In this document: positions 7,224-16,167 of the stretch, piece after piece
Numbering within the stretch: position 1 is the first letter of the stretch
How the letters are laid out: each line of letters opens with the position of its first letter
Source: a virus
DNA: 64,000 bases
Virus record (IMG/VR): IMGVR_UViG_3300032117_000020
Direction: 5' to 3' (one strand)
Translations under genes and position numbers: made by a program
The notes under the pieces: model-generated
The model's input: the letters and a program-made list of their open reading frames with translations, nothing else
Told to the model about the DNA's origin: nothing
The model's database searches: none

Positions 7224-9329
7224 ATGATTCAAAAACAGACAACTATCAACACAACTTCGTCGGGCATTGATGTGCAGAAGGCATTTGGTATGAATTCTGA
7301 CGATATGCCTCATATCTTTAAGATTCTAAGAAATAACATCTACTCCAATAAGCCGCTGGCTGTTCTTAGGGAATATTTTTGCAATATGATCGATGCCCAT
7401 GTCATGGTCGATCAAGTTGATATTCCAGGAGAAATCACATTTCCTTCTGCTTTTGATCTGAATCTTAAGTTTAGGGATTTTGGACCTGGATTGTCTGAAC
7501 AAGATGTTTATGATATCTTTACCAAATATGGCGCATCCACCAAGCGTAATAATTCAAGCACAATGGGCTGTCTTGGTATCGGTTCTAAATCAGCATTTTG
7601 TATGACCAATAATTTTACAGTTGTGAGTTATTATGGTGGATTTAAAACAACCTATCTTTGCCATCTTGATCAAACTGGTCTTGGTCTTTGCTCTAAACTT
7701 GAACAGCAGATGTCTAGCGCCCCAAATGGCGTAGAAATTATTGTGCCAGTAAAGCACAATGAGATAAATTCTTTTGTGGAAGAGGCTAAGAAACTTTTCG
7801 TTTGGTCTAAAGTCAAGCCAGTTATCTATGGCAATGAAGAACTGGCAAATTATGTGAGGGGATTTAAACTTGATGTTGTGAGAAGCAGCAGTAATTGGCG
7901 ACTTTATAATATTCCATGTTCATATTTAAACTATGGACACAACTATTTAAACTATGAAATTATCTGTTTAATGGGCAATATTCCATATCCTATCAATCTT
8001 CAGCATTTTGATCGATATAATCCTAAGCATGCATTCTTCATGAAAAGTGGTGTAGGTCTGGTCATTGAAGTAGAACTGGGCGCTGTGAGTTTCAGCGCAA
8101 ACCGAGAAACGCTTGAATATGACAAAGACACTGTGGCTTATCTTCATAAATGCCTTGAAAATGTGTATGATGAAATTGAGGCTGAATTCAATAAGGCCCT
8201 TGCCCAAGCCCCCACATACTGGGATGCACTCATCAGATACGGTGAATATTCACAATATTTTGGAGCAATTAAACCCACATATAAAGGGAATGTGATTTCA
8301 AATGATTCATATGTCATTGAAAATGAGCAGTCAAAAAAAGCCGATGGTGGAAGTTTTTGGTCAGACATGGTTCGTTGCTATAATTACACCAATAGATACA
8401 GTGATATCAAAAAAGGCTCTATTCGACCAGAGAGACAGGCTTATATTTGCCCATCCAAAAAGCCAGTATTGTTTATGAACAAGGGAGACTTCCCCGAATC
8501 CACACTAAGAGATCGATTCTTTTATTATTGCGAAGCCAATAACATTGATCCGCGCAACACAGGCTGTACAATTATCACTATTACAGATGATACAAAAAGA
8601 GCAGAGTTTCTTGCAAGACCAGAACTTGATGGTACAAATTTTATTGATATGGCAGATATCATTGTGCCACCTAAAATTAGAAAAAAGCCTATCTACAAGA
8701 CTGTTGATAAGAGCAAGATTCAAATTCTTAAATACAATGGCTCCACACTATATCCCTACAGCAATTGCTGGGATGAGGCGAAGGTGGATAAAACTGACAA
8801 GATTATCTATGTGAGGATTGAAAAGTATGCGCCTATGTCGGATAAAATTGGCGATTTCAACAATAAACTTGGACAATATAAGTATCACTTTAAAGATGAT
8901 ATCGTGGTCTATGGCGTTAAAAAGGATGTAAAGGTGCCTAGTCATTGGGTAGAATACAGCGATTATATCAAAGAAAAGATCCAATTGAAAATTAAATCAT
9001 CTGAATTCAAAAAATATCATCAGGCAAAGAAGTTTTTCTCTGACCATATTAATGTAGATGAATTCAAGCCAGAAAAGCTAGATTCGGGATTGTTTAAGAA
9101 TTATGTGCTGAAGTGCGCAGAAATGTTGGTTCATCTAAACACAGCAAAGGTCACTGAATTCAACAGTTATGAAAGAGTGGCAAACCTTTTTAAAATTCCT
9201 GTGAACGACACATATCCCACATCCAGAGCGCTTTATTTAGAAAAAATTCTCAATAGATACCCGCTTCTTAAATTCTTAAGAACTTGGGTGGTAGAGGACG
9301 TTACGGAATATATTAATTATATCGATTAA
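7224..9329 (+). CDS. Hsp90/HtpG-like GHKL ATPase (701 aa)
   Basis: N-terminal YSNKplaVLRE..NmiDA resembles the Hsp90 YSNKEIFLRELISNASDA motif; FRDFGPGL and GCLGIGSKSAF match Bergerat-fold G1/G2 boxes. Confidence 0.6.
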   Translation: MIQKQTTINTTSSGIDVQKAFGMNSDDMPHIFKILRNNIYSNKPLAVLREYFCNMIDAHVMVDQVDIPGEITFPSAFDLNLKFRDFGPGLSEQDVYDIFTKYGASTKRNNSSTMGCLGIGSKSAFCMTNNFTVVSYYGGFKTTYLCHLDQTGLGLCSKLEQQMSSAPNGVEIIVPVKHNEINSFVEEAKKLFVWSKVKPVIYGNEELANYVRGFKLDVVRSSSNWRLYNIPCSYLNYGHNYLNYEIICLMGNIPYPINLQHFDRYNPKHAFFMKSGVGLVIEVELGAVSFSANRETLEYDKDTVAYLHKCLENVYDEIEAEFNKALAQAPTYWDALIRYGEYSQYFGAIKPTYKGNVISNDSYVIENEQSKKADGGSFWSDMVRCYNYTNRYSDIKKGSIRPERQAYICPSKKPVLFMNKGDFPESTLRDRFFYYCEANNIDPRNTGCTIITITDDTKRAEFLARPELDGTNFIDMADIIVPPKIRKKPIYKTVDKSKIQILKYNGSTLYPYSNCWDEAKVDKTDKIIYVRIEKYAPMSDKIGDFNNKLGQYKYHFKDDIVVYGVKKDVKVPSHWVEYSDYIKEKIQLKIKSSEFKKYHQAKKFFSDHINVDEFKPEKLDSGLFKNYVLKCAEMLVHLNTAKVTEFNSYERVANLFKIPVNDTYPTSRALYLEKILNRYPLLKFLRTWVVEDVTEYINYID

Positions 9330-9346
9330 TTAATATCAAAATCAGA

Positions 9347-9376
9347 AATTCTCAATTAAAATAAAAAGTATAATAT
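9347..9376 (+). promoter_or_regulatory. conserved promoter-like motif (variant AAATTCTCAATTAAAATAAAAAGTATAATA)
   Basis: ATG at 9384. Confidence 0.5.
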
Positions 9377-9383
9377 ATCAACT

Positions 9384-10724
9384 ATGAAAACATATCAACC
9401 AAAAGCAAAAATTTTCAGCATCAGTGATAAAAACGAGGGTTTTATCACGGTCACATGGCCTGGATTATCAAAGACTGTGAGGTCAGATGATCCGCAATGG
9501 GAAAACTCCGTAAATGCGTTTAAATCAGAAAATTGGGAGGCACTTTATTATGCCATGAATCCTATTGAAACTCTGAATAAACTCTCCTACGGCAATATCA
9601 CCTACACCGATGGCGCACTGTATTACAAGGATCGTGTGGTAAATCACTCTCTTTACGAGCGAGTTCGACAGAATCTTAAAAACGGTTTTAGCGTGACATC
9701 AATGCTCGCATTCCTGGACAATCTTTATCAGAATCCATCTTTCAACAGCATTAGTCAATTGTATGCGTTTTTGGAGCAGCGGAATATTCCTATCACAGAT
9801 GATGGATGTTTTCTTGCATACAAGGCTGTAAGGTCCGACTACTACGATAAGTATTCCGGCACGATTCTTAACACTGTGGGCAAGATTGTGGAGATGGATC
9901 GAAGTCAGATTGATGACAACCCTTCGGCGTATTGCAGTTATGGTCTGCATGTGGGCGGACTTGACTATGTGAAGTGGTATGGCAATTTATCTGATGATAG
10001 AGTGATGATCGTAAAGGTGAATCCAAAGGATGCTGTAAGTGTGCCGTCAGATCACAGTTTCCAGAAGCTTCGAGTTTGCAGATATGAGGTTGTGGATGAA
10101 TATACAGCACCGTTAGAGGGCAATGTTTATAAGGCATCCTTAAACTCTGTTACAGATATGTCGGGCTCAGTATGTGATGAGGATTCATGGTGCGGTGGCT
10201 CCTGCACATGCTACGATGCAGATGATTCAGACATGTTTGATTTTGATGATCTGGATTATGATTTTTATCATGATTTTCAAAACAACAGTGGCTGGGTTTT
10301 AAGGGTTAAATATGATTCTGAATCCAAAACGCTGATTCTTGAGCATGATGAGCACAATACTGGCGCTCTTGAATACTATGGTCATCTCAATGTGCCAAAG
10401 CGAGTTGTAGAAAGTTTCGTATCAGCATACCGCCCAGGCGAGTACTATCATCGATATATCATGAATAAGTATGAGAAATTCGATGTGGGAAATGTTGATG
10501 ATTCAACAAATGAGAATGAAAATGATGAACTTGAAACCTATGATTTTTCAAGCGTCAGTTCATGGATCAGCCATGCCATCTATAATCATTACACTCAGGA
10601 ACTTGAAGTTGTACTGAAGAACGGCACATCATATCTTCATGAGTACGTAATTGATGCGGAGTGGGATGACTTCAAAAATGCAGACAGCCCAGGTACATTC
10701 TACAATGAAGTGCTGAAGGCTTAA
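9384..10724 (+). CDS. hypothetical protein with acidic Cys/Asp-rich central segment (446 aa)
   Basis: ORF track; promoter motif upstream; followed by strong hairpin. Confidence 0.55.
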   Translation: MKTYQPKAKIFSISDKNEGFITVTWPGLSKTVRSDDPQWENSVNAFKSENWEALYYAMNPIETLNKLSYGNITYTDGALYYKDRVVNHSLYERVRQNLKNGFSVTSMLAFLDNLYQNPSFNSISQLYAFLEQRNIPITDDGCFLAYKAVRSDYYDKYSGTILNTVGKIVEMDRSQIDDNPSAYCSYGLHVGGLDYVKWYGNLSDDRVMIVKVNPKDAVSVPSDHSFQKLRVCRYEVVDEYTAPLEGNVYKASLNSVTDMSGSVCDEDSWCGGSCTCYDADDSDMFDFDDLDYDFYHDFQNNSGWVLRVKYDSESKTLILEHDEHNTGALEYYGHLNVPKRVVESFVSAYRPGEYYHRYIMNKYEKFDVGNVDDSTNENENDELETYDFSSVSSWISHAIYNHYTQELEVVLKNGTSYLHEYVIDAEWDDFKNADSPGTFYNEVLKA

Positions 10725-10727
10725 AGA

Positions 10728-10754
10728 ATATAGGGGGCGAATTGCCCCCTATAT
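10728..10754 (+). terminator. intrinsic-terminator-like hairpin (ATATAGGGGGCgaattGCCCCCTATAT)
   Basis: 10-bp GC-rich stem immediately after stop of 9384..10724. Confidence 0.6.
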
Positions 10755-10783
10755 TCCACAATCATGGGTTCAAATTTAGAAGA

Positions 10784-10814
10784 AATTTACCCAATAAAAA
10801 TAAAAAACATAATA
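10784..10814 (+). promoter_or_regulatory. conserved promoter-like motif with ~225-nt non-coding stretch downstream
   Basis: AAATTTACCCAATAAAAATAAAAAACATAATA; next gene starts only at 11040. Confidence 0.5.
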
Positions 10815-11039
10815 ACCTGTTATAAAAAATTACACATTCACTGTATAATATAGTGTGCTCTCTGAAAAGAAGAGCAACAAATCAAAGAATTTTGCGGCCA
10901 TATTGAATCTTCCTTCTAAAAAATTGGATATTAACTAGATTCATTGCTTTCCGCAGATAAAATTTTGGCCATGGAGCTGCTTCCTTCTCTTTTATCCATA
11001 CTAAAACCAGCAACTCCCCTTTCCAATTAATAAACAAAT
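10815..11039 (+). other. long leader or ncRNA candidate downstream of promoter motif
   Basis: no ORF >20 aa; GCGG..ATTGAATC / GATTCATT..CCGC long-range complementarity. Confidence 0.3.
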
Positions 11040-13103
11040 ATGAAAAACAATAGAATCTATCTACAGCGACGAAACAAAGTACAATTCATTTCTGACAACA
11101 GTCCTTCACCGATTTCAAATCGAATGGTGTCCTCTATTCTCAAAAATATTGAAGGCCTGGGCTATACTTTTTCTCAAAATTTAATTGCTGCTCTTCAGGG
11201 TTCATCTGCTACAGCGGTTGAAGCATTGTACAATGATATTTTTCCAATTCTGAAGGAATTCAAGAATGTGGGCAATAAATTCCGACCCATGTATCAGAAT
11301 TTTCCTCAAGAAGTGATGGAAAAGAGCGATGCAGAACTCTATCTAAACGCGATTGTTCATTATCTTACCGATGGTTTATTGATGCCTGTGAGTGAGAAAA
11401 AAGAGCGATTTCCTCTTTTAGATAATGTGAATCTTGCGGTTATCGATTTAGGATCTGAATCAGATTTTGAAAATCTCTTCACACAGATTGCATCATCTAA
11501 TACTTCATTGTCAATTCAAGATAAAGAAGATTTAGGCTGGTTTATTAAAAATTACGGCAACGATATTGACAGCCTATTGCCATCCAATATTCCTCAAAAA
11601 GAAAATCTTTGCTATATTGCAAATCTGTTTCTGCTCTATACTGATCATGCAGATGCGTTTGTGGGCAAATACATTAAATCCGCCACAGATGTGCTGAGAT
11701 TAGCTGTTGCCATGAGTGGTGGCGATGTGAGCCTGGCGAAGTCCACCAAATTCCGTAAATTCTCAAGATCAGAGAGGCGATTTCTTGTGAGTCTTTTGAA
11801 GGGCGATATCACTGATGACCTTATTCGATGGAAGGGTCAGTGGAAGAGGCTCGCGCATCAGCTTCATATTGGGGAATTTTCTAAAAAATATCCTGATATT
11901 GTGAAAGCGTTTAATGTGATTCGGAACGATGAATCTCACCTAACATTCAATGGCAAGATTGAATCAGACATTAAGCATGGCAATCTTTCAAGTGCTGTGA
12001 GGAATCTGAAAAAGCGCCCAGGCGATTTTGCGAGAAGACTTGATCATCTTCTTCGATTGTCTGGCGATCCTCAAGAGATCGTAGGGGAATTTTCTGATTC
12101 AGCATCCAGTGTCAGCACACCTGTGTTATTGCAGGTCATGAATCATTTTTCGCATAGAAATTCGAGCGATTATCGTTATTTCATGCCAAAAGGCAATATC
12201 TCAAAAATTAAGGCTGTACCGAATAATCTTCCATCACTTTCAAATACTGTGTGTAATGATGTGGCATCAGTTTGCCGAAGATCACTGATGAATAAATTTG
12301 AAAATCTTCCTGATCTTGGTAAAGTCTATGTGGATAGCAAACTGTCCAACTACATCGTGCCTTTTAGTCAGAGGTCGGCATCTAAATCCCTGCGCACCCT
12401 CACACGAGGTAGCAGGCTATCGTTTGATGCATCTACTTTAAGATTTTTTATCTGGTGGAAAAATGGCGATTATCGTACTGATATTGATCTTTCTGCGGTA
12501 ATGCTTGATGAAAATTATGTAAACGGAACTGTGGCGTTTTATTGTTTGAAGGGCTCCGGTTTCACTCATAGTGGCGATATTGTGGATGCGCCAAATGGCG
12601 CATCGGAGTTCATTGACATTGACATCGACACAGTAAAGAAAAATGGCACAAGATATGTGGCTATGATGGTAAATTCCTATACCAAGCAGCCATACTGTGA
12701 TCTACCAGAGTGTTTTGTGGGATTCATGCCTCGGCAACATCCTAACTCTGGAGAAATTTATGACCCTAAGACTGTTTTTAATAGAATTGATCTGGCATCT
12801 GATTCTAAACAGGTCATGCCAATGGTTATTGATCTACAGGAGAATAAAGTTATTTGGTGTGATTTAAGCATTTCAAACAATAATGGATGGACCAACACAG
12901 TCGCTACGAATGAGAAATCAATCAATATGATGGTGAAGTCAATTTTGGAGATGCATAAGCCAAATCTATATGATCTTCTGGAAATGCATGCGATGTCGCA
13001 CGGCACATTGGTGGATGATAAAAATGATGCTGATGTGGTTTGGGACGAGGAATCAGGTATTCAATTTGAAACTGAGAGAATCGCTTCTGAATTTTTGGCG
13101 TAG
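11040..13103 (+). CDS. large protein with C-terminal TerD-like domain (687 aa)
   Basis: C-term DIDLSAVMLDEN...AFYCL...HSGD...EFIDIDIDTV...YVAMMVNSY aligns with TerD consensus DLDASAxLLD...HSGD...IDL..V...IVF.V.IY. Confidence 0.6.
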   Translation: MKNNRIYLQRRNKVQFISDNSPSPISNRMVSSILKNIEGLGYTFSQNLIAALQGSSATAVEALYNDIFPILKEFKNVGNKFRPMYQNFPQEVMEKSDAELYLNAIVHYLTDGLLMPVSEKKERFPLLDNVNLAVIDLGSESDFENLFTQIASSNTSLSIQDKEDLGWFIKNYGNDIDSLLPSNIPQKENLCYIANLFLLYTDHADAFVGKYIKSATDVLRLAVAMSGGDVSLAKSTKFRKFSRSERRFLVSLLKGDITDDLIRWKGQWKRLAHQLHIGEFSKKYPDIVKAFNVIRNDESHLTFNGKIESDIKHGNLSSAVRNLKKRPGDFARRLDHLLRLSGDPQEIVGEFSDSASSVSTPVLLQVMNHFSHRNSSDYRYFMPKGNISKIKAVPNNLPSLSNTVCNDVASVCRRSLMNKFENLPDLGKVYVDSKLSNYIVPFSQRSASKSLRTLTRGSRLSFDASTLRFFIWWKNGDYRTDIDLSAVMLDENYVNGTVAFYCLKGSGFTHSGDIVDAPNGASEFIDIDIDTVKKNGTRYVAMMVNSYTKQPYCDLPECFVGFMPRQHPNSGEIYDPKTVFNRIDLASDSKQVMPMVIDLQENKVIWCDLSISNNNGWTNTVATNEKSINMMVKSILEMHKPNLYDLLEMHAMSHGTLVDDKNDADVVWDEESGIQFETERIASEFLA

Positions 13104-13133
13104 GTTGATTCAAATCTTGAAAAAATTTTCATA

Positions 13134-13163
13134 ATTTCCCGATAAAACTAAAAACCATAATAA
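13134..13163 (+). promoter_or_regulatory. conserved promoter-like motif
   Basis: AATTTCCCGATAAAACTAAAAACCATAATA. Confidence 0.5.
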
Positions 13164-13178
13164 GTGCATATTCATGAA

Positions 13179-13622
13179 ATGAATAACACGGAATCACATA
13201 TGGCATCAAAAAGTATATTGAACTATGCTGTAAAGCAGGCAATTCTAAATCCGCATGAGTCTAAGTTATGCGCTGTATTATATAAAGGTGGGTCTATTAT
13301 TCGATCATCTTTCAATACATCGCAGCACATTGGATATCGTGCGGATGTTTTTGAATTTGCACCTACCAGACATGCAGAGCAGTCGGTGCTGCATAATGTG
13401 CCAAGAGATATTCTTTCTTCCTGTAGCATTCTTGTGGTGCGAGTAAATAGAAAGAATGAGATTGTGAGCGGAAAACCATGTAAAGCCTGCCTACAGGCTA
13501 TTCAGAAGTCTGGGATATCCAAACTTGAGTTTTCCAATTATCTTGGAGAGATTGAAAAAGTGAATGCACAGCTTATTGATGTTGACAGATGGAAGAAGGA
13601 AATATCGCCTGTGAATTTATGA
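13179..13622 (+). CDS. CMP/dCMP-type zinc-dependent deaminase
   Basis: HAE...PCKAC zinc-binding signature (H-A-E and P-C-x-x-C); start could also be GTG 13164. Confidence 0.6.
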   Translation: MNNTESHMASKSILNYAVKQAILNPHESKLCAVLYKGGSIIRSSFNTSQHIGYRADVFEFAPTRHAEQSVLHNVPRDILSSCSILVVRVNRKNEIVSGKPCKACLQAIQKSGISKLEFSNYLGEIEKVNAQLIDVDRWKKEISPVNL

Positions 13623-13837
13623 AATATAAGGTTGGAAATAAAGTTAAGTTGAAAGGGCCTCGTTATTGGGACAACAAAGATCGGAACCTCAATAGTAAAA
13701 TCGGTCAAATTGTTGATATCACCCGTTTCAATTATTATGTCAAAATTGTAGGTTCATCGGATATCGCCGTTGTTGATGATGAGTGGATCAGCCATCAAAT
13801 TATCATCAACTGTCCGGAATATTTTAATGAAATATAA
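13619..13837 (+). CDS. KIGD/PEYF mini-protein family member (array B)
   Basis: MKYKVGNKV... INCPEYFNEI; ATGA overlap with deaminase stop. Confidence 0.55.
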   Translation: MKYKVGNKVKLKGPRYWDNKDRNLNSKIGQIVDITRFNYYVKIVGSSDIAVVDDEWISHQIIINCPEYFNEI

Positions 13838-14060
13838 AATTGGTGATCAAATTAAATTAAAACAAAATTTTAATAATCCTTTTTGGAAGAATAAAATTTG
13901 GCCATTTCATGGTCAGATTGCTACAATTATTGATATCGTAGATAATGAATATTATGGCATTATTTATAAAAATAAAACTTATGGCGAGATTAGTGACGAT
14001 TGGATCGTAGATAGAGATAATATAAAGTGTCCAGAATATATGAAATTGGAGAAATTGTAA
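13827..14060 (+). CDS. KIGD/PEYF mini-protein family member (array B)
   Basis: MKYKIGDQI... IKCPEYMKLEKL; ATGA overlap. Confidence 0.55.
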   Translation: MKYKIGDQIKLKQNFNNPFWKNKIWPFHGQIATIIDIVDNEYYGIIYKNKTYGEISDDWIVDRDNIKCPEYMKLEKL

Positions 14061-14242
14061 GAGATTTACGGTTTAAAAATCAATATGTGGAGATTATTGA
14101 ATATTCACCACCTGCTGGGCATTCGCCAGGATACTATCGAGTTAAATCACTCGTCACTGGCGCAAAAAGAATAAATAAACCCACAGAATTAAAGCCAATA
14201 ATCATCAAACCAGATTATTTTTCAGAATTAATTTTACAATAA
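14027..14242 (+). CDS. KIGD/PEYF mini-protein family member (array B, GTG start)
   Basis: SRIYEIGEIV... KPDYFSEL; no in-frame ATG, GTG start. Confidence 0.45.
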   Translation: MSRIYEIGEIVRDLRFKNQYVEIIEYSPPAGHSPGYYRVKSLVTGAKRINKPTELKPIIIKPDYFSELILQ

Positions 14243-14289
14243 ACTCAAATTTTTTCAAGATTTTCCTGACAAAGGTTCAAATCTCTATG

Positions 14290-14322
14290 AAATTTTCCCA
14301 GTAAAAACAATAACCATAATAA
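14290..14322 (+). promoter_or_regulatory. conserved promoter-like motif with upstream TTCAAATCTCTATGAAA hairpin
   Basis: AATTTTCCCAGTAAAAACAATAACCATAATA; ATG 14326. Confidence 0.5.
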
Positions 14323-14325
14323 ATC

Positions 14326-14574
14326 ATGAAAGCAAAAATTCTATTAACAATCTTTCTAGTTCTAGTGGTTGGCGCAGTCCATTTTTATTTGGTGCCCACG
14401 GCATTAAATGATCTGGCAGTCAATCAAGTTAAGGATACGGTAAATTCTACCGCAGATGTGCGGGTATCAACCACAGTCCTTGACTATACTCCTTATCTCG
14501 CGCTTTTTGCGCTTCTTTTTATCTGGTGGAAGCCAGTGGCTGACGCCTTAAAAAACAAATTTAATTTCAATTAA
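14326..14574 (+). CDS. small membrane protein (82 aa, two hydrophobic segments)
   Basis: ORF track. Confidence 0.5.
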   Translation: MKAKILLTIFLVLVVGAVHFYLVPTALNDLAVNQVKDTVNSTADVRVSTTVLDYTPYLALFALLFIWWKPVADALKNKFNFN

Positions 14575-14585
14575 AAACAAAAAAT

Positions 14586-15510
14586 ATGAAAACACAAACA
14601 TTACTAATTGTTGCGGGATTGTCTGCAATTTTAATTTCTGGGTGCAAACCCGTCAATGTGCCTGATATGGTCACAATCGAGCCGTCACAAACAGCATTCC
14701 TTGTGCCGTTGGAGGGTCAAACATCAAATCAAGGATCTTTTGATTCTGAAGCATTTCTTCAAAGCGCCAAGGTCGCATCTAAAAGGATTATCATTCCAAA
14801 GCGCTGGCGTTCCACGGGACGTGGAAATGATGGAGAATACATTCCAACGATGCGAGTAATTGTTGTCGAAAGGCATCCTGTCTCAGCGCTTTGGGCAGGT
14901 CAAACGGCGATTGTGGCTGATCGGATTTTCTGTTCCTCTGGCGATAACTGCACAAATTGATTCAGAATCTGCCGCTAGATTCCTTTATCGCTATAACAAC
15001 AAACCACTGAAAGCTGTGTTGGATGAAGAAGTATTAAATCGCGCAAGATCAAAGATTGTTGAACAATCTGCACTATATCCACTTTCAGAATTGTTATCTA
15101 AGAAGCAGGATATTATGAATGCTGTGAGAAATGATGTTCTTCCTTATTTTAAAGATCGTGGTGTAACCATTACATCATTAGGTATGGCTGGTGAACTAAC
15201 ATATCTTAATCCAGAGATTCAAGCTGCAATCAACAAGAAGTTTCAAGCAGCCCAAGATCTTGAGGCTCAAAAATTTATCAATCAACAGAATCTTGAGACT
15301 CAAAGGGCCACTAATGAGCGAGTGCTGAGCAAGGCTAAGGCAGATGCGCAAGCCGCACAGATTTTAAACAACCCCAACGCACTTACTTTGAAGCGATTTG
15401 AAATGCAAAGCAAGTTCCTTGAGAAATGGGATGGTGCTCTTCCAAAAGTCTCTGGTGGATCAGGTTCTATGATCAACATAGATTCCCTAATGAGGGGTGA
15501 ATCAGGCTAG
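14586..15510 (+). CDS. SPFH/band-7 domain lipoprotein split by an apparent +1 frameshift (14586..14960 and 14860..15510)
   Basis: N-term lipoprotein signal with lipobox LISGC; second ORF has coiled AQ/EAQ-rich C-terminus typical of HflK/C-like SPFH proteins; the ORFs overlap by 100 nt in different frames. Confidence 0.5.
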
Positions 15511-15518
15511 ACACAATA

Positions 15519-15546
15519 GCCCCTTGCCAGATTTATGGCAAGGGGC
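15519..15546 (+). terminator. hairpin GCCCCTTGCCAgatttaTGGCAAGGGGC
   Basis: perfect 11-bp stem just after SPFH stop, followed by T-rich run. Confidence 0.6.
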
Positions 15547-15556
15547 TAAATATATT

Positions 15557-16132
15557 ATGAAACTACAAGATAATAACAAAATTTGGTTTACATCTGATTT
15601 ACACGGGCACCACAAGAATATAATTAGGTATTCGTCTCGCCCATTTACTAATGTGGAGGAAATGAATCAAGCGTTAATACAAAATCATAATGATTTAGTG
15701 AAAGATGATGATATTGTGTTTAATCTTGGAGATTTTGTTTTTGGACCAGTGAAATTATGGGAAGAATACAGAAATCAACTTAATGGTCGTCATTATTTAA
15801 TCAAAGGCAATCATGATAAGCTACAAGACAATCAAATTAAATACCTTTTTGATGGTATTTATGATTATTTAAAAATCAGCGTTAAAGACGAGACAGCCGA
15901 AGGTGGCTGGCAAAAAATTATTCTTAGCCATTACGCTTTTAGAGTATGGGACGGCTCACATCATGGTAGTATTATGCTTTATGGGCACAGTCATGGATCA
16001 CTTCCTGATGATCCAAATTCAAGATCTTTTGATGTAGGCGTAGACTGTCATAATTATAAGCCGATATCTTATGCGCAGGTAAAAAATATTATCTCACAAA
16101 AGAATTTTGTGCCTGTTGATCATCATAGATAA
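15557..16132 (+). CDS. calcineurin-like metallophosphoesterase
   Basis: motifs SDLHGH, LGDF, KGNHD (D-x-H / GD / GNH-D); start placed after the hairpin (track ORF starts 15497). Confidence 0.65.
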   Translation: MKLQDNNKIWFTSDLHGHHKNIIRYSSRPFTNVEEMNQALIQNHNDLVKDDDIVFNLGDFVFGPVKLWEEYRNQLNGRHYLIKGNHDKLQDNQIKYLFDGIYDYLKISVKDETAEGGWQKIILSHYAFRVWDGSHHGSIMLYGHSHGSLPDDPNSRSFDVGVDCHNYKPISYAQVKNIISQKNFVPVDHHR

Positions 16133-16167
16133 TAGGTTTATCCTCCAATAATCTCTAATATATATAG

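Noticed and set aside
7968-10137. Minus-strand and out-of-frame ORFs inside the GHKL ATPase and 446-aa genes (7968..8207, 8113..8295, 8144..8368, 8505..8984, 9699..10137)
   Set aside because: Embedded in or antisense to long, motif-supported genes. Their composition is odd (Cys/His-rich translation artefacts).
12758-13446. ORFs 12758..13006, 12922..13113, 13223..13429, 13255..13446
   Set aside because: Antisense or alternative-frame ORFs inside the TerD-domain and deaminase genes.
14656-14859. ORF 14656..14859
   Set aside because: An alternative frame inside the SPFH gene region. Better explained as part of the frameshifted SPFH locus.
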